Shown here piece by piece: positions 1 through 9,671 of a DNA stretch of 64,000 bases. The translations under genes were made by a program, and so were the position numbers. The stretch is taken from NCBI GenBank assembly GCA_047602425.1, contig JASGHG010000001.1, positions 4,064,001-4,128,000 of the forward strand, in the 5' to 3' direction. Position 1 is the stretch's first letter. Each line of letters begins with the position of its first letter. The notes under the pieces are model-generated. The model was not told the DNA's origin. It was given only the letters and a program-made list of their open reading frames with translations, and made no database searches. The DNA comes from Nibricoccus sp. (GTDB lineage Bacteria > Verrucomicrobiota > Verrucomicrobiia > Opitutales > Opitutaceae).

Positions 1-255
1 ATTGAAGGTCGCCGATGGGACATCCGCGGGCTGGATGAAAGAATTGAGGCGCAACGCAGGCAGGCGAAGGACCAAAAGGTTATGGATACGGCGGGCCGGA
101 TCCTGGGAATCAAAGCACACACCTATGCTTTTGGGCGCAAGAAACACTTTAGTATTGGATGCATCACGGTGTTTCACGTCCCGGTGATGGCCGCGGTTAG
201 CGTCAGTTGGTGACGGTTCGGGGCAATCAGGAAGGCCGTGAGACACCGGTTGGCC

Positions 256-909
256 TTAGAGGCGCGCGAAGGCGTCGGCGAAAGCCGCGCGATCTTTTGC
301 GCCAAAGAAACTGGTGCCAGCGACAAAAGTATCCGTGCCAACACTACGGCATTCGGCGGCGGTGCCAAGATCGATGCCGCCATCGACTTCGAGGCGGAAA
401 TTCAGATTCTTTTCGCGGCGCCAGGCGTTGATTTGGGTGATTTTCGGGAGCATTTCGCGCCTGAAGCTTTGCCCACCGAAGCCGGGCTGTACGGTCATGA
501 TGAGGACAAGATCAACCTGATCGATGAGATGTTTGATCGTGTCGGCCGGCGTTCCAGGATTGAGCACGATGCCATTCTGACAGCCGAGAGCCCGAATACG
601 GGCGAGCGTGGCGGTATGATCGTAGGGTGGCTCGATGTGAATGCTGATGAGATTGGCGCCGGCTTTTGCGAAGGCCTCGATGTATTTTTGCGGTTCGGCG
701 AGCATCAGATGGACATCGAAAAACAGCTTCGAATTTTTCCGCAGAGCGGCGACGGTTTGTGGACCAAAGGTAAGGTTCGGCACGAAGTGGCCGTCCATGA
801 TATCGAGGTGAAGCCAGCGGAGGCCGAGTTGTTCTACGACGGCGGCGCTGGAGGCGAGATTGGCGTGGTCACCGGCGAGAATGGAAGGAGCGAGGATCGG
901 CGCGTGCAT
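256..909 (-). CDS. rpe: Ribulose-phosphate 3-epimerase
   Basis: Motifs APSIL, HLDIMDGHFVPNLTFG, DVHLM, MTVQPGFGGQ, EVDGG; start placed at ATG 909. Confidence 0.97.
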   Translation of the reverse strand: MHAPILAPSILAGDHANLASSAAVVEQLGLRWLHLDIMDGHFVPNLTFGPQTVAALRKNSKLFFDVHLMLAEPQKYIEAFAKAGANLISIHIEPPYDHTATLARIRALGCQNGIVLNPGTPADTIKHLIDQVDLVLIMTVQPGFGGQSFRREMLPKITQINAWRREKNLNFRLEVDGGIDLGTAAECRSVGTDTFVAGTSFFGAKDRAAFADAFARL

Positions 910-957
910 GGGAGAGGAAAATTGGGAATTTAAGCCGAAAGGCAACAAGGCAGGGGA

Positions 958-1110
958 GCACAGAGAACACAGAGCGCGGACACAGAGGCGGAGGGAGACC
1001 TGAAAACGGGCGGAGTCTGTTGGCGTGTCAGAGGCATGATACAGAACCTGGTTTGGATGGTTCGGTCTCAGTGAACTTTGTGACCGAGCTCCGTATTCTC
1101 TGTGGCTCCT
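958..1110. repeat. Intergenic CACAGAG-type short repeats with a degenerate inverted partner (CTCTGTG/CTTTGTG)
   Basis: gcacagagaacacagagcgcggacacagagg at ~959-990; ctcagtgaactttgtg...ctctgtgg at ~1066-1105. Confidence 0.5.
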
Positions 1111-1133
1111 CCGGAAAAGGATATTTCCTGATC

Positions 1134-1667
1134 TTACCAGACGTCGAGGGCGGCGTGGGCGACTTTGTCGGCGAGCTTGGCAGCGAGCTGAGGCAGGGAT
1201 TGGTACTCGGCCTGAAGTTGGTCGCTGTCGGGTTGTTGGGGCGTGGCGGTGGCGAAAATTTGCTGTTCCACGACGACGGCACGGTTTTCGAAGAGCACTG
1301 TGTTGTCCTTCGTGTTGCGCAGCGTGCAGAGCGCGGTGAGGTTGAGATTGAATTTGCGAGCGAGGCCGGTGTCGTCGGGACGGGCGGTGGCGATGTCGCG
1401 AGCGTAACGCACGAGGTTGATCTGAAGCGTGGCATCGGCCTCAGCGGCGGAATTGACGAGCGTCACACGTCCGTCGCGGAGGAAGGCTTCGCGAATCTGC
1501 GTGGTGACGACGGCGACGGCCTGCGGGAGTTGCGCCTTGTTTTCAACCGGCGGAATGTAGAGGGTCTGGAAGCTGAGCTTGCCTCCGGTGCCAAGCCGGT
1601 AGTTTGCACAACCGCTGGCTAGGAACAAACCGAGAACCGCGCAGATTGAAAGGAGGAGGAGGCGCAT
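1134..1667 (-). CDS. lptE: LPS assembly lipoprotein LptE family
   Basis: Lipobox LASG-C followed by ANYRLG; LptE-like size and pattern; adjacent to bamD. Confidence 0.75.
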   Translation of the reverse strand: MRLLLLSICAVLGLFLASGCANYRLGTGGKLSFQTLYIPPVENKAQLPQAVAVVTTQIREAFLRDGRVTLVNSAAEADATLQINLVRYARDIATARPDDTGLARKFNLNLTALCTLRNTKDNTVLFENRAVVVEQQIFATATPQQPDSDQLQAEYQSLPQLAAKLADKVAHAALDVW

Positions 1668-1707
1668 CGCCTGATGAATTTGAATCGGAGGAGCGCCGGT
1701 TGCCGTG

Positions 1708-2724
1708 TTACTTTGCCGGCGGAGGAGGTGGCAGCGCGGCGGCCGCGGCTTTATTGGAGGCGGCTTCGACTTCGGCGAGGCGGGCGCGCGCCTTGGCGGC
1801 GATTTCCGAGTCGGGATAAACGGTGATGGCTTCGTTGTAGAAGATGCGGGCGGCTTTGTAATTGTCGCGACGTTTGAAATAGAAATCGGCGATCTTCATT
1901 TTGCTGTCGGCCATGACACGTTTCATGTCGGTGAGACCCTTTTCGGCGATGCCGACATTGTTGTCGCTGGGGAAGAGGATCATGAAATCCTCAAAGTAGG
2001 TGATGGCGTCGCGGGTCGAACCTTGATCGTAGTAGGGGCCTTCAACGAGGGATGCATGGGTGCGTCCGAGGTCGAGGTAGGCATCGGTGGTGAGGACGCT
2101 CTGCGGGTAATTGTTGACCATGCGATCGAGGGCGTCGAGGGCTTCCTCGGTGTTTTTAAAGTAACGATGACCGCGGGCGATACTGAGAAGGGCGAGCGGC
2201 GCGTAATCGCTGAACGGAGCCTCGATGAGGAGAATTTCGAGTTGTTCAATCGCTTTTTCGCGATTGGTGAAACCCGGGAACAGGCCCCAAACGCGACCGC
2301 GGGCGCCATCGAGAAGGGAGGAGGCGATGTGGTATTGTTTGCCAATGATTTCGTCGAAGCGGCCGGTCTGCGGATAGCGGAGAGCGACGACTTGGAAGGC
2401 GTCGAAAGCCTTGATGTACTGTTTGCGGGCGAGGCGGAGATTACCGATGCGGTACTGAGCCTCGGCCGCGTATACGGAATTTGGATACCGCTTGGCGACC
2501 TTGGTGTAGCTGCGGATGGCGCTGCCTTTGCTGCCTTTTTCCTCGGCGGCGCGGGCCTTGTTCATAAAGCCGAGCGCGTTTTTGGCGTCACTGCCGCCAA
2601 CACCTGCGAGGGCTCCGCCTTCGATGCGCCAGCCACCTTGGGGTGTCCAGACGAGTTCGGCGACGGCATGGCCGGCGAGAAGAAATGGAAGAACGAGGAG
2701 GGCGAGGAGAAACCGGCGTTGCAC
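1708..2724 (-). CDS. bamD: Outer membrane protein assembly factor BamD family (TPR)
   Basis: TPR repeats (YPNSVYAAEAQY, YYDQGSTRDAI, IADFYFKRRDNYKAARIFY); signal peptide. Confidence 0.8.
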   Translation of the reverse strand: MQRRFLLALLVLPFLLAGHAVAELVWTPQGGWRIEGGALAGVGGSDAKNALGFMNKARAAEEKGSKGSAIRSYTKVAKRYPNSVYAAEAQYRIGNLRLARKQYIKAFDAFQVVALRYPQTGRFDEIIGKQYHIASSLLDGARGRVWGLFPGFTNREKAIEQLEILLIEAPFSDYAPLALLSIARGHRYFKNTEEALDALDRMVNNYPQSVLTTDAYLDLGRTHASLVEGPYYDQGSTRDAITYFEDFMILFPSDNNVGIAEKGLTDMKRVMADSKMKIADFYFKRRDNYKAARIFYNEAITVYPDSEIAAKARARLAEVEAASNKAAAAALPPPPPAK

Positions 2725-2745
2725 GAGGAAGGGGTTGTAGGAAGT

Positions 2746-3738
2746 TTACCAGCGAACCAGCGCGGCTCCGTAGGTCAAGCCCGCCCCGAAGGCGACGAGA
2801 AGGGTGGTGTCGCCGCGACGGACGCGGCCGGCACGACGGGCTTCGTCGAGTGCGAGGGGAATAGACGCGCCGGAGGTGTTGCCGTAGCGGTCGAGGTTGA
2901 TGAAGAAACGTTCGAGCGGGATTTCGAGGCTCTTGGAGAGAGCTTCGATGATGCGGAGGTTGGCCTGATGAGGAATCACGCAACTGATCTGATCGGGACT
3001 AAGGGCGTGTTGTTCCAGAATTTCCTCCACGGCATCTTCCATTTCGCGGACGGCGACTTTGAAGATTTCGCGGCCCTTCATTTTGATAAAGTGCTGGCCG
3101 CCGTCGAGGGTGGTTTGAGTGGTGGGGCAGGCGCTGCCGCCGCCGGGAATGCTGAGAAGATCGGCCTGACCGCCTTCGGAATAGAGTTTGGTGCCAATGA
3201 TGCGGGCTCCGTCACCGCGGCTAGGGCCAAGGACGACAGCGCCAGCGGCATCGCCGAAGAGAACGCAGGTGGTGCGATCTTTCCAGTCGACAAAGGCGGA
3301 AAGTTTTTCGGCGCCGATCACGAGTGCGTGTTTATACCGGCCGGAGGCGAGCATGGCGCTGGCGGTATCGAGGCCATAAACGAAGCCCGAGCAGGCGGCG
3401 CTGAGATCGAAGCAGGCGGCGCTGGATTTCAGCCCAAGCTTATGTTGCACGATCGTCGCGGTGGCCGGCATCGGCAAATCGGGTGTGATAGTGGCAACAA
3501 TGAGCAGATCGATATCCGATGGCGCGAGGCCGGCGTCATGGAGCGCGGCGCGAGCGGCATTGGCGGCGAGATCCGAGGTGTTTTCGCCGGCCGCGGAAAT
3601 ATGGCGTTCGCGGATGCCAGTCCGCGTCAGGATCCACTCGTTGGAGGTGTCGACCTGTTTGGAAAGTTCGTCGTTGGTGAGCACCCTGGCCGGCGTGTAG
3701 GAACCGGTGCCAAGGATTGCGATCGTGGGGGTGGCCAT
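2746..3738 (-). CDS. fabH: 3-oxoacyl-ACP synthase III
   Basis: AACSGF (Cys), PHQAN (His), GNTSGAS (Asn), FGAGLT. Confidence 0.97.
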   Translation of the reverse strand: MATPTIAILGTGSYTPARVLTNDELSKQVDTSNEWILTRTGIRERHISAAGENTSDLAANAARAALHDAGLAPSDIDLLIVATITPDLPMPATATIVQHKLGLKSSAACFDLSAACSGFVYGLDTASAMLASGRYKHALVIGAEKLSAFVDWKDRTTCVLFGDAAGAVVLGPSRGDGARIIGTKLYSEGGQADLLSIPGGGSACPTTQTTLDGGQHFIKMKGREIFKVAVREMEDAVEEILEQHALSPDQISCVIPHQANLRIIEALSKSLEIPLERFFINLDRYGNTSGASIPLALDEARRAGRVRRGDTTLLVAFGAGLTYGAALVRW

Positions 3739-3773
3739 GGGTGGCTGGAAAAGGGAGGGCGCGGATCGTGGGC

Positions 3774-4829
3774 TCAGGCCACGGGCTGACGAATGGCGTC
3801 GTTGGCGCGGGCGATGTCTGCCTCAATGCGATGGTTGAGGTTGCTCTTGATCATCGAACTGGCGTCGTGGATGGCGTTTTTAAAGGCGTGGCGGTTGGCG
3901 GAGCCATGGGCTTTGATGAGGTTGCCGCGCAAACCGAGGAGGGGAGCGCCGCCGTAGCGTTCAGGTTCGATGCGGTGCTTGAGGTCGGTGAAGGCGCCTT
4001 TGGCGATGAGGGCTCCGATAGAGCGGATGGGGTTGGCCTTCAGGTAGGATTTGATCTCTTTGCCGAAGAATTTCACGAGTGACTCCCAGCTCTTGAGACA
4101 AATGTTACCGACAAAACCGTCGCAGACGAGCACGTCAACTTCGTCTTTGAAAATCTGGAAACCCTCGACCGGGCCGACGTAATTGATCTGGCCTTCGAGT
4201 CGTTTGAGGAGCTCGTGAGTCTCGGCGATGAGGGCATTGCCCTTGCCTTCTTCCGTGCCGATGGTGAGCAGGCCGACGCGCGGTTTTTCGACGCCCAGCT
4301 CCATGCGACAGTAGTGGGAGCCGAGAATGGCGTTGTGGACGAGATGTTCGGCCTTGGCCTCGGGATTGGCACCGGCGTCGACGAGTATAAAATGCCCATT
4401 GGTTCGCGGGACGACCGGTGCAAGCGCGGCACGGTCCACGCCGTCGAGCGTGCGGAGCTTGAGAATGCCAGCGGCGACGAGACTACCGGTGTTGCCACAA
4501 CTGACGGCGGCGCCGGCTTCGCCAGATTTCACGAGTTCGATGGCGCGGGCCATCGAGGAGTCTTTTTTCCGCTTCAGCGCGACGAGCGGTTTGTCCTCCA
4601 TCGTGATGACTTCAGAGGCATGGAAGACCGCGATCTTGGCATGATTGGCCAAACCTGCGCGGGCGAGCAGCGGATTGAGAACCGCTTGATCGCCGACGAG
4701 GGTGACCGGATTGAGATCGGGAAACTCGGCGAGGGCGAGTTTGACCGCTTCGACAATTTCAGCCGGACCCAAGTCGCTGCCCATGGCATCGACTGCGATC
4801 CGTGCATTTTCGCCGCTGCTGGAGACCAT
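3774..4829 (-). CDS. plsX: Phosphate acyltransferase PlsX
   Basis: IAVDAMGSD, SCGNTG, DAGAN, VCDGFVGNI, GGAPLLG, KAHGS; lies between rpmF and fabH. Confidence 0.96.
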   Translation of the reverse strand: MVSSSGENARIAVDAMGSDLGPAEIVEAVKLALAEFPDLNPVTLVGDQAVLNPLLARAGLANHAKIAVFHASEVITMEDKPLVALKRKKDSSMARAIELVKSGEAGAAVSCGNTGSLVAAGILKLRTLDGVDRAALAPVVPRTNGHFILVDAGANPEAKAEHLVHNAILGSHYCRMELGVEKPRVGLLTIGTEEGKGNALIAETHELLKRLEGQINYVGPVEGFQIFKDEVDVLVCDGFVGNICLKSWESLVKFFGKEIKSYLKANPIRSIGALIAKGAFTDLKHRIEPERYGGAPLLGLRGNLIKAHGSANRHAFKNAIHDASSMIKSNLNHRIEADIARANDAIRQPVA

Positions 4830-4871
4830 CACAGGTGATGGTTGAAGGAAAGGAGGGCCGGAACGCGAGGC

Positions 4872-5051
4872 TTAGACCTCAACGTTGAGAACCTGGCGGC
4901 CGCGGTACATGCCGTTCTTGGGATTGACGCGATGAGGGCGGAAGGCGCTGCCATCGGTCGGATCGGTGGCGATTTGCGGAGCTTTGAAAGCGTTGGCGGC
5001 GCGGCGGTTGGCGCTGCGGCGTTTGGATTGCTTGCGTTTCGGATTAGCCAT
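4872..5051 (-). CDS. rpmF: 50S ribosomal protein L32 (59 aa; absent from ORF track)
   Basis: Hand translation MANPKRKQSKRRSANRRAANAFKAPQIATDPTDGSAFRPHRVNPKNGMYRGRQVLNVEV; canonical rpmF-plsX-fabH order. Confidence 0.95.
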   Translation of the reverse strand: MANPKRKQSKRRSANRRAANAFKAPQIATDPTDGSAFRPHRVNPKNGMYRGRQVLNVEV

Positions 5052-5186
5052 GGTGGGAGACGATTAAGGAGTGGGTGGCGTTTTTTGTGACGCCTAAGTT
5101 TCAGATGTGAAAGGGGACCGAGTAAAGGGCGGCAAGGGGCAGCGTCAAGCGCTTACACGCAAAACGCAGCTTCGGAGGAAAGTGTC

Positions 5187-6224
5187 TCAAACGTAACCGA
5201 CGTAGAGCAACACGCCGAGCACGGCAGCGAGGATGAAACGATAGACAGCGAAGGCGATCAAACCATGGCTGGCGAGGTAGTTGACCAAGAAGCGTACGGC
5301 AACGATCGCGGTCAAGGCCGCGACCACGCAGCCAAGAGCGATGTTATGCCACCCAAAGACCGTGAGCATGGCGGCGCCGGATTTGTAGCTCTTGTAGACA
5401 GTGGCGGCGGTGAGCGTGATCAGGCCGAGGAGGAAACTGAATTCGGCCGAGCGGCGAGGATTCAAGCCCGCGAAATAACCACCGACAATCGTCGTCATGG
5501 AGCGGCTCATGCCGGGCCAGAGGGCGAAACACTGAAGGATGCCGATCCCGAGTGCCTCGGGGCCGGACAATTCGGAGGGATCGCGATCGGTGCGGAGCTT
5601 GGTTTGGTTTTTGCGCCATTTTTCCGCGAGGATCATGAGGATTGCGCCGCTGACTTGGGCGGTGAGCACGGCAGCCACAGAGAAGAGCGAGTCGATCCAT
5701 TTGCTCAGCAGAAAGCCGAGGGCGGCGGCGGGTACGAAGGCAATGAGGAGGTTGCGGACCATTAGCAGGCCGACCGCATCGCGCCCGACAATGCCAAGGG
5801 CCATTTTGCGGATTTGCCGCCAATAAAGAAACGCGACGGCCGCGATGGCACCGAACTGGATGACAACGGTAAAAGTGTCGGCGGCGAGCTTGCTCGTGAG
5901 CGGGATCCCCTCGGGATATTTGACGGAAGGTTTCTTGTACCAAAGCGGTTCGCCAGAGGCGGAAGTGAGGGGCGTTTCGCCTTCGAGGCCGAGCAATTTG
6001 GTTGCAATGATCAAGTGCCCCGTCGAGGAAATGGGCAGGTATTCCGTGACCCCCTCCACGACCCCCAGTACCAAGGCATCGCCAGTGGTCAGTTTTGCGG
6101 CCGGCTTCGCTGTTTCGGCTGCGATGGGAGGCTGCGTACTGACGGCAGGTTCGGTTTCGGCGGCAAAAAGCGACCGTGCGAACGAGAGAGTGAGCAACAG
6201 GCTGATGAAAGTGAGGCGCAACAC
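5187..6224 (-). CDS. uppP: Undecaprenyl-diphosphate phosphatase (BacA)
   Basis: EGVTEYLPISSTGH, IQFGAI, PGMSRS, AEFSFLL. Confidence 0.93.
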   Translation of the reverse strand: MLRLTFISLLLTLSFARSLFAAETEPAVSTQPPIAAETAKPAAKLTTGDALVLGVVEGVTEYLPISSTGHLIIATKLLGLEGETPLTSASGEPLWYKKPSVKYPEGIPLTSKLAADTFTVVIQFGAIAAVAFLYWRQIRKMALGIVGRDAVGLLMVRNLLIAFVPAAALGFLLSKWIDSLFSVAAVLTAQVSGAILMILAEKWRKNQTKLRTDRDPSELSGPEALGIGILQCFALWPGMSRSMTTIVGGYFAGLNPRRSAEFSFLLGLITLTAATVYKSYKSGAAMLTVFGWHNIALGCVVAALTAIVAVRFLVNYLASHGLIAFAVYRFILAAVLGVLLYVGYV

Positions 6225-6306
6225 GGACCTTTTGTTTCCAGAAGTGCAAGCAACTGTCCAGTTTATGCTTTGCCAAGCTTGAGGAATCCCTTTTCCTAAC
6301 CCGCTT

Positions 6307-7356
6307 ATGTCTGCCCTCGTTGATCTTACACTGCGCCTGAAAAGCCGTCATGAACTCAGCCCGGCTGAGATTGCGGTGGCGACGCGGGAACTGGCGTCGG
6401 CAGACGTGGCGGATCAGAAGAAAATCGATTTTCTCGCGGCATTGGAAGGCAAGGGTTCGACGGCGGCGGAGGTCACGGGTTTTGCAAAAGAATTCCGTGC
6501 TTTGTCGATAGACCCCGGTGTGAGTCAATGGTCGTCGCAGGCGATCGACGTGGTGGGCACGGGTGGCGACCACGCGGGCGGCTTCAATATTTCCACGCTT
6601 GTGGTGTTTACGCTGGCTTCAGGCGGCGTGACGGTGATGAAACACGGCAATCGCGGCGTGACGTCGAAATGCGGCAGCGCGGATCTGTTCGCCGGCCTCG
6701 GTGTGAATCTGGAGGCGAAACCGGAAAAGTTGCAGGCCGCGCTGCGCGAACTGGGCTTCGCGTTTTTCTTCGCGCCAGCGTATCACCCGGCTTTCAAACA
6801 CATCGGTCCGGCCCGCAAGGCGCTCGCGGCCATTGGTGAACGAACCATTTTCAACATCCTGGGACCACTTGTGAATCCCGGCCGTCCGGCGCGCATCCTC
6901 CTCGGTGTTTCGTCCGAGCCCTGGGTGGCGCGGCTGGCCGACGCGCTCGACTTGCTCGGCACCGAGGCGGGCATTGCGGCGCACGGCATCCTCGGGCCCG
7001 GTCGTGGCATTGACGAACTTACCACGGCGACTCCCAATCGCGTGCGTGGTATCGGCCGCCTGCGCTCGGTCGACGGCATTTGGAATGCCGCCGATCACGG
7101 ACTCGCCGCTACCACCAATTTCGACGAGCTCAAAGGCGGCGACGTTGCCACCAATCTTGCGATCACCGAGGCGGTGCTGGCCGGACGCGGACCGGCCGCA
7201 TTGGTCGAGACAATCGTGTTCAACGCAGCGGTGGCGTTTTGGATCTGTGGCAAGGTTCCCTCCGTGCGCGAAGGCGTGGCCAAAGCCCGCGACCTGCTGC
7301 TCGGCGGGCCCGTGAAAGCGAAAATCGCGGCAACCAAGGAGTTTTTCCAGCTATGA
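6307..7356 (+). CDS. trpD: Anthranilate phosphoribosyltransferase
   Basis: DVVGTGGD, FNIST, KHGNR, CGSAD, RTIFNILGPLVNP. Confidence 0.96.
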   Translation: MSALVDLTLRLKSRHELSPAEIAVATRELASADVADQKKIDFLAALEGKGSTAAEVTGFAKEFRALSIDPGVSQWSSQAIDVVGTGGDHAGGFNISTLVVFTLASGGVTVMKHGNRGVTSKCGSADLFAGLGVNLEAKPEKLQAALRELGFAFFFAPAYHPAFKHIGPARKALAAIGERTIFNILGPLVNPGRPARILLGVSSEPWVARLADALDLLGTEAGIAAHGILGPGRGIDELTTATPNRVRGIGRLRSVDGIWNAADHGLAATTNFDELKGGDVATNLAITEAVLAGRGPAALVETIVFNAAVAFWICGKVPSVREGVAKARDLLLGGPVKAKIAATKEFFQL

Positions 7357-8693
7357 AACGACAGTACTTCGGGACGGACGGTGTGCGCGGCCCTTACGGC
7401 GGCCCCGTGATCAATGAATCTTTCGCCGAACGACTCGGCGTCGCGGCGGCGCGTTTTGTTTCGCGCCAGACCCATTCGGGCGAACAAAAGGTTTTGCTCG
7501 GTCGCGACACGCGCGCGTCCGGCCAAAGTTTGCTGCATGCCGTTTCTTCGGGGCTTTCGTCGATGGGCGTTGAATCGGCGGTGCTGGGCGTCGTCCCGAC
7601 TCCCGCGGTGGCGGCAGCCTTGGTGCGCGAACGCGCGGCCTTGGGCGTGATGATCACCGCTTCGCACAATCCGGTCGCGGACAACGGCATCAAGTTTTTT
7701 GCCCGCGGTGGCGTGAAGCTTTCCGATCAACAGGAGCTGGAAATCGAAAAACTGCTTCCGATCGAACAGCCTTCGATCATTTACGGACGTTCCCGGCATC
7801 TCGACGGCCTGCGGTCGTACATGGAGAACGTGAGACACTTGCTACCGGCAAACGCGCTCGCCGGTTGGAAAATGGTGCTCGACACCGCCAATGGCGCCAC
7901 GTGCATGACGAGCCCGCTGGTTTTGCGTGGCCTCGGCGCAGAAGTCCTCTCGATCGGCGATCAACCCGATGGCCAAAATATCAACGCCGGCGTTGGCAGC
8001 GAACACCCGGAGAAACTTGCGGCCAAGGTGGTCGAGACCGGCGCGCGTCTCGGCATTGCGCACGACGGCGACGGCGACCGTTGCATTTTGTGCGACGAAA
8101 AAGGTGTTATTCTCGACGGAGACGAAATTCTCACGATCCTCGCGCTGCACGCGCTCAAGCAGGGCAGCCTGCCTGCCAAAACGCTTGTTGTGACCGTGCA
8201 GAGCAACCTTGGTGTCGACGCCGCGTTGCGTGAAGCGGGCGGACGGGTTTTGCGCACCAACGTTGGCGATCGCTACGTGGTGGAGCGCATGATGCTCGAA
8301 AAAGCCACGCTCGGCGGCGAATCGTCTGGCCACATCATCTGCTCGGAAATTTCGCCGACTGGTGACGGGCTTGTCGCCGCGTTGAAAGTGCTCGGGGTGA
8401 TGATCGAGACGCAGCAGCCGCTCTCGCAATTGCGCAAATGCCTGCGGAAATACCCACAAGCTACCGCCAATTTGAAAGTCCGCGAAAAGAAGGACGTTGC
8501 GACGCTGCCGCATCTGCCGCTGGCCATCCAGGCGCTCGAAGCCGAAATGGGCGGTTACGGCCGCGTGCTTGTACGTTTCTCCGGCACAGAGGCAAAAATC
8601 CGGTTGTTGGTCGAAGGACCGACGACGGAAATCGTGCAAAAAGGCCTTGCTCGCCTGGAGTCGGTTGTAAGGACGGATCTTGAGGTGATTTGA
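7353..8693 (+). CDS. glmM: Phosphoglucosamine mutase
   Basis: YFGTDGVRG, ITASHNP, DGDGDR, GGESSGH, RFSGTE; ATGA overlap with trpD stop. Confidence 0.95.
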   Translation: MKRQYFGTDGVRGPYGGPVINESFAERLGVAAARFVSRQTHSGEQKVLLGRDTRASGQSLLHAVSSGLSSMGVESAVLGVVPTPAVAAALVRERAALGVMITASHNPVADNGIKFFARGGVKLSDQQELEIEKLLPIEQPSIIYGRSRHLDGLRSYMENVRHLLPANALAGWKMVLDTANGATCMTSPLVLRGLGAEVLSIGDQPDGQNINAGVGSEHPEKLAAKVVETGARLGIAHDGDGDRCILCDEKGVILDGDEILTILALHALKQGSLPAKTLVVTVQSNLGVDAALREAGGRVLRTNVGDRYVVERMMLEKATLGGESSGHIICSEISPTGDGLVAALKVLGVMIETQQPLSQLRKCLRKYPQATANLKVREKKDVATLPHLPLAIQALEAEMGGYGRVLVRFSGTEAKIRLLVEGPTTEIVQKGLARLESVVRTDLEVI

Positions 8694-8723
8694 CCCGCGG
8701 CCGGCTTTGGAAAAGTCATCGTC

Positions 8724-9485
8724 GTGAAATGGCTCCTCAGGTTTGTCCTTTTCGGCCTGGTTGGGTTTTGTTGTCGCGCCGACGAATCGCCATCGTCGGC
8801 CGACCTCAAGCTGCGAGTGGTGAATATCGAGCAGGGAACGCGGAAGATCGCTCTGAACTTTATTATATTTTCCGAAGCGCACTTCGGCCTGCGGGTGATC
8901 GACAACGCTGCGGAAGATAACACAGCGAGGTTTTCAAACCTGGCCGAGGCCATGGAAGCCCATGCCTGTGTCGCGGGATGCAACGGAGGTTTTTTCGAAA
9001 GACGACCGTTCTCGCCCGTGGGCGGAATGATCAGCGCCGGGGTTCGAGTGACCGCGGTTGACCCAAAAAGTTGGATGAAGGGCCTGCTCGTGGTGCGAGG
9101 CGGCCACCCGGCGCTGGAATTCAGCGAGACATTTCGGGACGCGCCGGATGTCACGGAACTTTTGCAGTCTGGCACGTGGTTAGTGCGTGGCGGCAAGTCC
9201 GAAACGGACTCCAGCCGAAACCAAGTCGCGCGAAGAACTTTTGTCTGCCATGACGGAAAGGGAGTCTGGGCGATCGGCGCGAGCGGTCCCTGCACGCTCC
9301 ACGATTTGGCGACGGTGCTCAAGCACGCCGAAGTTGCCACAATTTTGGATATCCAAGAGGCGCTCAACTTTGACGGCGGACCTTCGACCGGACTCTGGTT
9401 GAAACGGACGCCCGACAACTTCTATTTACCGGAGAAATGGGCGGTGCGGAACTATATCGGGGTTTCACAGCATTCATCTCCTTGA
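8724..9485 (+). CDS. Phosphodiester glycosidase (NAGPA/YigE-like) family exported protein
   Basis: NGGFF and LNFDGGPST motifs; N-terminal signal peptide. Confidence 0.8.
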   Translation: MKWLLRFVLFGLVGFCCRADESPSSADLKLRVVNIEQGTRKIALNFIIFSEAHFGLRVIDNAAEDNTARFSNLAEAMEAHACVAGCNGGFFERRPFSPVGGMISAGVRVTAVDPKSWMKGLLVVRGGHPALEFSETFRDAPDVTELLQSGTWLVRGGKSETDSSRNQVARRTFVCHDGKGVWAIGASGPCTLHDLATVLKHAEVATILDIQEALNFDGGPSTGLWLKRTPDNFYLPEKWAVRNYIGVSQHSSP

Positions 9486-9553
9486 ATCCGACAACGTGGA
9501 AGGCCGCGAACGGAGGAAGTTTAGTCTCGCGGTAAACGATCGCACGGGAAACC

Positions 9554-9606
9554 AGTTCTATCAGATAGTTTGTAATCTATTAAGTTACAAACTATCTGGT
9601 AGAACT
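9554..9606. repeat. Long hairpin (22-bp stem) between convergent genes, centred on a variant of the 21-bp palindrome
   Basis: AGTTCTATCAGATAGTTTGTAA / TTACAAACTATCTGGTAGAACT with one T.G wobble. Confidence 0.85.
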
Positions 9607-9671
9607 AAAGACGCGATTCCCGGAACGTAAGGAGGCTGTTTGTAACGCCAGGCTTTCGCTCGAGGAGAGAC

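Noticed and set aside
1..255. Coding sequence at the window start
   Set aside because: A minus-strand frame runs off the edge but is too short to identify; the + ORFs look spurious.
1705..3789. Long antisense ORFs (e.g. 694 aa here; also 24346-25731, 40534-41925, 46237-47493, 61766-62944)
   Set aside because: Shadow frames of GC-rich real genes on the opposite strand, with no recognisable motifs.
7080..7352. N-terminal extensions in the ORF track (glmM; likewise nif3, dus, fabG, pseudouridine synthase)
   Set aside because: They overlap neighbouring genes or repeats; family homology begins at downstream ATGs.
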